Below are positions 60,169 through 64,000 of a stretch of 64,000 nt of DNA, in pieces. How positions within the stretch are numbered: position 1 is the stretch's first letter; each line of letters begins with the position of its first letter. The translations under genes were made by a program, and so were the position numbers. The stretch covers positions 5,910-69,909 of the forward strand of contig QHVH01000011.1 of NCBI GenBank assembly GCA_003222245.1, read 5' to 3'. This DNA is from Blastocatellia bacterium AA13. GTDB lineage: Bacteria; Acidobacteriota; Blastocatellia; UBA7656. The notes under the pieces are model-generated. The model was not told the DNA's origin. It saw nothing but the letters and a program-made list of their open reading frames with translations, and ran no database searches.

Positions 60169-63033
60169 TCACCGGTGCGCTTGAATGTTGCCTTGAGCGA
60201 GATTACCCTGCCGAATTGAGGAATGGCCTCCGGATATGTTTATACGGAAAAAGTCTTTGCTCCCCGGCTCGCCATTGTCTTCACATACTATTTCAAACTG
60301 GGCGGGATCGTTGTTGATCGTTCCTGTACCGCGGAACGTGACCTGGTTGGGTCCCGTTTGAGCGAACGCGAGAATCCTCTCAGACACGAGATGAATCCCC
60401 TGATCGGTGTCACGATAATTCAAATGGCCGCTTAACGACCGATCCGCATTGAAGGAAAAGCTCACGGTCTTTCCCAAGATGCTGCCGCCAGCGGTCACTT
60501 TGATGATGGGGCCATTGTTTCCTCCGCCTCCGCTGCCTCCGCCGCCGCCATTTCCGCTGCCCGGAGAGCAACTCCCAATGGTGAACTGAGTGCCCCCACG
60601 AGTAATATCGCGCTTGGCGTTTACCTCGGACGTGAACGTTTGACCTCGCAAGCCGACAAGCGTAGTGCCGACTCCGATCGGCGGTCCGTGAGTGACCAAT
60701 GGATTGAGCTTGCCCACTGATACCTTTACCTTGATCGTGTTGTTCACGGAATCGAACGAGCCGCTATCGGCAGCGCCCTGTATGGTACTGCTTATCGAGC
60801 CATCAGAGTTTCTAACCGATGTACCCCATGAGAAGGGCGTCACTTGCGGATCGGACGAAGCGCGCACGAAGAACTGGTCGCCTCGGTCGGATAGACCAAA
60901 ACTGTAGTCGCCCCGAGGGCTCAATTGGATGAATGGCGCATTCGCCGTGAAGTTCATTCGCCAATTCGACGCGACCGGCACGCTCGACAAGTCGGAGACC
61001 TTCATCTCAGCTACGATCACAAGGCCGTCCGGCCCGTTCTCGCATGAGTACTTGATGGATAGAATATCGAGCGGGTCATTCGCAGGAACCACACCAAGCA
61101 ACCCTGTTGTGACGTCTTGAGCAAAGTCGACTACCTGGGCTCCGTCGGATGGCGGCGCAAAAGAAGGCGGCAGCGCGGAGCCTTCCTTCGATGCCGGGAT
61201 CGATCCGCCGTTGATGCCGGGCCCGCTAATCTGGCGGGTCACGAATGTATGACCATCAACGTCGTTGTGATCGTCAGTGTAGGCTATTACCGCCGCGCCC
61301 GTAGGATCAAATGAAACTTGAAAGTAGTCGAGCAGGTTTCGGTTCGCGTTCCCCAACGTTCCACCCTCCGAGATATTTCCGGCGTGAATGAAATGGTCGC
61401 TGGCCGTTACCTGACGGAACGTGGGTACGTCGGAGCTTGCGTTTAAGCTCTGGGCATAAAATAGCTGCCAGTTCGCAGCGTCGTTGTCGGTTGCTTCGGA
61501 GGAGCCGAACCATACGATTCCCACCGACCCAGGAGTCGATCCGGTTTCGAGCCACGGAAGCAAGGCCGTGCGCGTCTCCGGGCCGTCGCTCACCCGCACG
61601 GGCTGGCTCCAGGTGACGCCCTTGTCCGAGGAGTGCGCAAGGAAGATGTCCTTGTCGTTGGAATACGCTACGTAGGCCGTGCCGTTAGGTGTGCCGTCAT
61701 CCGCGACCTTGACTACGAAGAATATATGATCAACTCCATTAGGATCGCTGGCCGCCTGGCGGCATTGATAAGTCACTGGCGCCAGGCCCGGGGCCGGTGG
61801 AGTGCCCACGCAGACCTGGCCGGAGCTTCCGCTTACATAGACGGTTCCTGTTGCCTGGTGCACGTCGATGCTGCCAACCTGCCCGATCAAACCCGCTGTA
61901 ACGGCCGGCCCGTACGTTAAGCCTCCATCTTCCGAGCGTTGAATCTGGGTCAGCGCCGGTGCGACCGTGCGGTAGAGGAGGTAGACCTTGTCCTTGCCCA
62001 GGAATTCAGTCCACTGACGATCATCGACTGGAATGCCTCCAGTCAAGTTACCAGCCGGGTTCAACGCGAAGGTCGCGCCTCGATCAGTCGAGCGCGCCGC
62101 CGATATGTTAGCGATAACCAGACTCGTTGTTGCGAGCGTGCAAGGCTGACCTGGGATAGGAGCATCGAAGCCGACCGCGAGATCGACGTCTCCTCCGCCG
62201 TCGGCTCCGACCGAGGTTGCGGTCTCCTCGGTGATTGAGTCGGGCTGCCCTCGGTAAATAGGATTTCGCATTCCTGGATCGTAAGTAGGACTGCCCGGCT
62301 TCAGATCGAAATACCAGAGGTCCGTGCCCGCTGGGACGCCGCGAATTCCCACGACGTAAGCGTTACCGAACCTGTCGGTGCGATTGCTTGGTTCTCCGTC
62401 GCTCGCGGTTACGGGCGCCTTCAATGCCACGTTCGGACTGAATGTAATTCCGCCTTTCACATAATTGGCGGCACGGGTCGCGACCTTAGCCTTTACTTCA
62501 GCAGTGCCGCGATACTGATCGACCTGCGGCGTAACCGTGAAATAAATGACGTGTATCGTATAAAGGCCAGTGCCGGTAGAGGCCGGATCTATGGTTGAGG
62601 CCTCTTCCGTGCCTGGCGCACCGTTGGCGGACAGGCCTACTTCAGGGCCGGTGATCGAGTCCTTATGGATGTGAAGATCGTAATCATTCGTTGGGATAGC
62701 CCAGTCGATTTTTACCGAGACAATCTTACCCGTCCAATCAGCCGAGCTCCCGGTGACGGTCAGACTAAACGTCTCGCAGTTGACTCCCTCCACGCATGTA
62801 TCCTCTCCCGTGGCCGGACCTCCCACCGCGGTCCCTGTCCACGTTATGGACGCGCTGGCCGGCCCGAGCGAGGCAGCCGAAGGGCTTGCTGCTGATGCGA
62901 ACAGAGCTGAAGAGAGGCCAAAGGCAGTGATGACCATTGCGGCAATCAACAAAAGACGAACGCTAATAGTCGAGCGATGTCCAAAATGCGTATTTGTAAA
63001 TCCCGACGGAATACCTCGCCTTATGAGTTTCAT
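60169..63033 (-). CDS. Large secreted protein: sialidase/Asp-box propeller, beta-sandwich domains, Gly-rich linker and post-COAP-1-like C-terminal domain
   Basis: AAGGAG RBS, signal peptide, STDRGATF / SEDGGLTY / SSDKGVTW, KVTAGG...DNGEPG..D.F.I...GNIQ. Confidence 0.72.
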   Translation of the reverse strand: MKLIRRGIPSGFTNTHFGHRSTISVRLLLIAAMVITAFGLSSALFASAASPSAASLGPASASITWTGTAVGGPATGEDTCVEGVNCETFSLTVTGSSADWTGKIVSVKIDWAIPTNDYDLHIHKDSITGPEVGLSANGAPGTEEASTIDPASTGTGLYTIHVIYFTVTPQVDQYRGTAEVKAKVATRAANYVKGGITFSPNVALKAPVTASDGEPSNRTDRFGNAYVVGIRGVPAGTDLWYFDLKPGSPTYDPGMRNPIYRGQPDSITEETATSVGADGGGDVDLAVGFDAPIPGQPCTLATTSLVIANISAARSTDRGATFALNPAGNLTGGIPVDDRQWTEFLGKDKVYLLYRTVAPALTQIQRSEDGGLTYGPAVTAGLIGQVGSIDVHQATGTVYVSGSSGQVCVGTPPAPGLAPVTYQCRQAASDPNGVDHIFFVVKVADDGTPNGTAYVAYSNDKDIFLAHSSDKGVTWSQPVRVSDGPETRTALLPWLETGSTPGSVGIVWFGSSEATDNDAANWQLFYAQSLNASSDVPTFRQVTASDHFIHAGNISEGGTLGNANRNLLDYFQVSFDPTGAAVIAYTDDHNDVDGHTFVTRQISGPGINGGSIPASKEGSALPPSFAPPSDGAQVVDFAQDVTTGLLGVVPANDPLDILSIKYSCENGPDGLVIVAEMKVSDLSSVPVASNWRMNFTANAPFIQLSPRGDYSFGLSDRGDQFFVRASSDPQVTPFSWGTSVRNSDGSISSTIQGAADSGSFDSVNNTIKVKVSVGKLNPLVTHGPPIGVGTTLVGLRGQTFTSEVNAKRDITRGGTQFTIGSCSPGSGNGGGGGSGGGGNNGPIIKVTAGGSILGKTVSFSFNADRSLSGHLNYRDTDQGIHLVSERILAFAQTGPNQVTFRGTGTINNDPAQFEIVCEDNGEPGSKDFFRINISGGHSSIRQGNLAQGNIQAHR

Positions 63034-63462
63034 AGCCGGATCTCCTTATCGTAAAGAATCGAATGCGTCGTACGGACCGCAGGCTCCCTGTATGTCCAGA
63101 GCCTCGAAGGCGCCGAGTTGGATTGAGGCAGCAAAGCGCGGAGTCCTCCGAAGCGCAATGCAAAATTTACCGATGATTTGTATGCAGATAGTGCATGGCA
63201 GCGCCAACCGTGTAGCCAAACATAACAAAGTTAGGACTTGTTTCATCTCGCGAACTGGGCTTGGCAATTGAAATTCCATCGGCCGCTCGGCGAGAACGAG
63301 CAGTGATCCAGGCTCATCTTTTGAGGAAGCGACTTTCTTCTAAGCGAGCGTAAAGAAATAGCTTTCCGGATTGAATCCGCTATTGGCCTCAAGCCCGAAG
63401 GGGTTGCGCCCTCCTTTCAGCCTGGTTTGCCGTACTCGGCAACTCCGGGGAAGCGTGCATGA

Positions 63463-63672
63463 TTGATTGGCGCCTGGGTATACTTGGCTGCTTTGGACGT
63501 ACATCATTGCCGAATCTTCGGTCGTTGCGAATCGAAAAACGGGATCATGCCTTTCGATTGTTTAGTCGATCAGGTCATGACTCGTCCGCCTTACAGCGAG
63601 CGCGGAGGGGTTTCTGGATTGTCGACAACTGTTCCGCTCATTGAGGACAGCGCGCCGTAGAACGCCTGCAGC
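63463..63672 (+). mobile_element. IS630-family transposase remnant (frameshifted, internal stop)
   Basis: AWVYLAALDVH..RIFGRCE..NGI.PFD.LVDQVMT.PPY, then in the next frame ARRGFWIVDNCSAH*GQRAVERLQ. Confidence 0.75.
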
Positions 63673-63679
63673 CAAGTAT

Positions 63680-63749
63680 CGTTATACCCTCCTCAAACTC
63701 CTCAATCCCACTCTTGAAATTGCAACCGACGCGCACTCCCAAAACCAAG
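63680..63749. repeat. 70-bp direct repeat, copy 2
   Basis: 62/70 identical to 59830-59899. Confidence 0.85.
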
Positions 63750-64000
63750 AGTTTCTTGACGTGTGCGCAAATTGAGTGATACACATGCCGCCGCAACAGG
63801 AAAAAGTTGGTAAACACCCTAAAGTCAGTTGCTGCGGACAGCTAAATATAATGCATAGCCCGCTCTGATATCGGCGCTGGATTTCATAAGGCTGAATGAG
63901 GCGGAGGCCCTGGGCGCTTTCTCATTTGGTGAACAATTAACTTGGCCGCGACGCTTCCTAAGCGGGAGTCTGTGATGCTCATAGAGTAAAACTTCTATAT

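Overview
Bacterial chromosome window spanning the replication origin. Gene content and style suggest Acidobacteriota, probably Blastocatellia-like (inference). Core genes include pilB-pilT-pilC, serC, murB, 2-oxoacid:ferredoxin oxidoreductase alpha/beta, sucC, dusB, dnaA-oriC-dnaN, parS-parA-parB and three tRNAs (Arg-ACG, Pro-TGG, Arg-TCT). Four accessory blocks stand out. (1) A NusG-paralog / MbtH-fusion / SbnB / ABC-ATPase operon with no NRPS in view. (2) nurA-herA preceded by a truncated DUF4011 gene. (3) An exported HupE/UreJ + PAL-like NHL protein + heme-c-fused PHM-like copper monooxygenase cluster, resembling a split, self-reducing bacterial version of peptide alpha-amidating monooxygenase. 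(4) A decayed island at tRNA-Arg(TCT) with an integrase remnant, a 1456-aa SF1 helicase (candidate defence protein), a DUF262 stub, a 70-bp direct repeat and an IS630 remnant. Non-coding signals include DnaA boxes with DnaA-trios, a parS site, a sigma54 promoter upstream of a hairpin (candidate sRNA) and phased 11-bp repeats. All family calls come from motif recognition by eye, not database searches.
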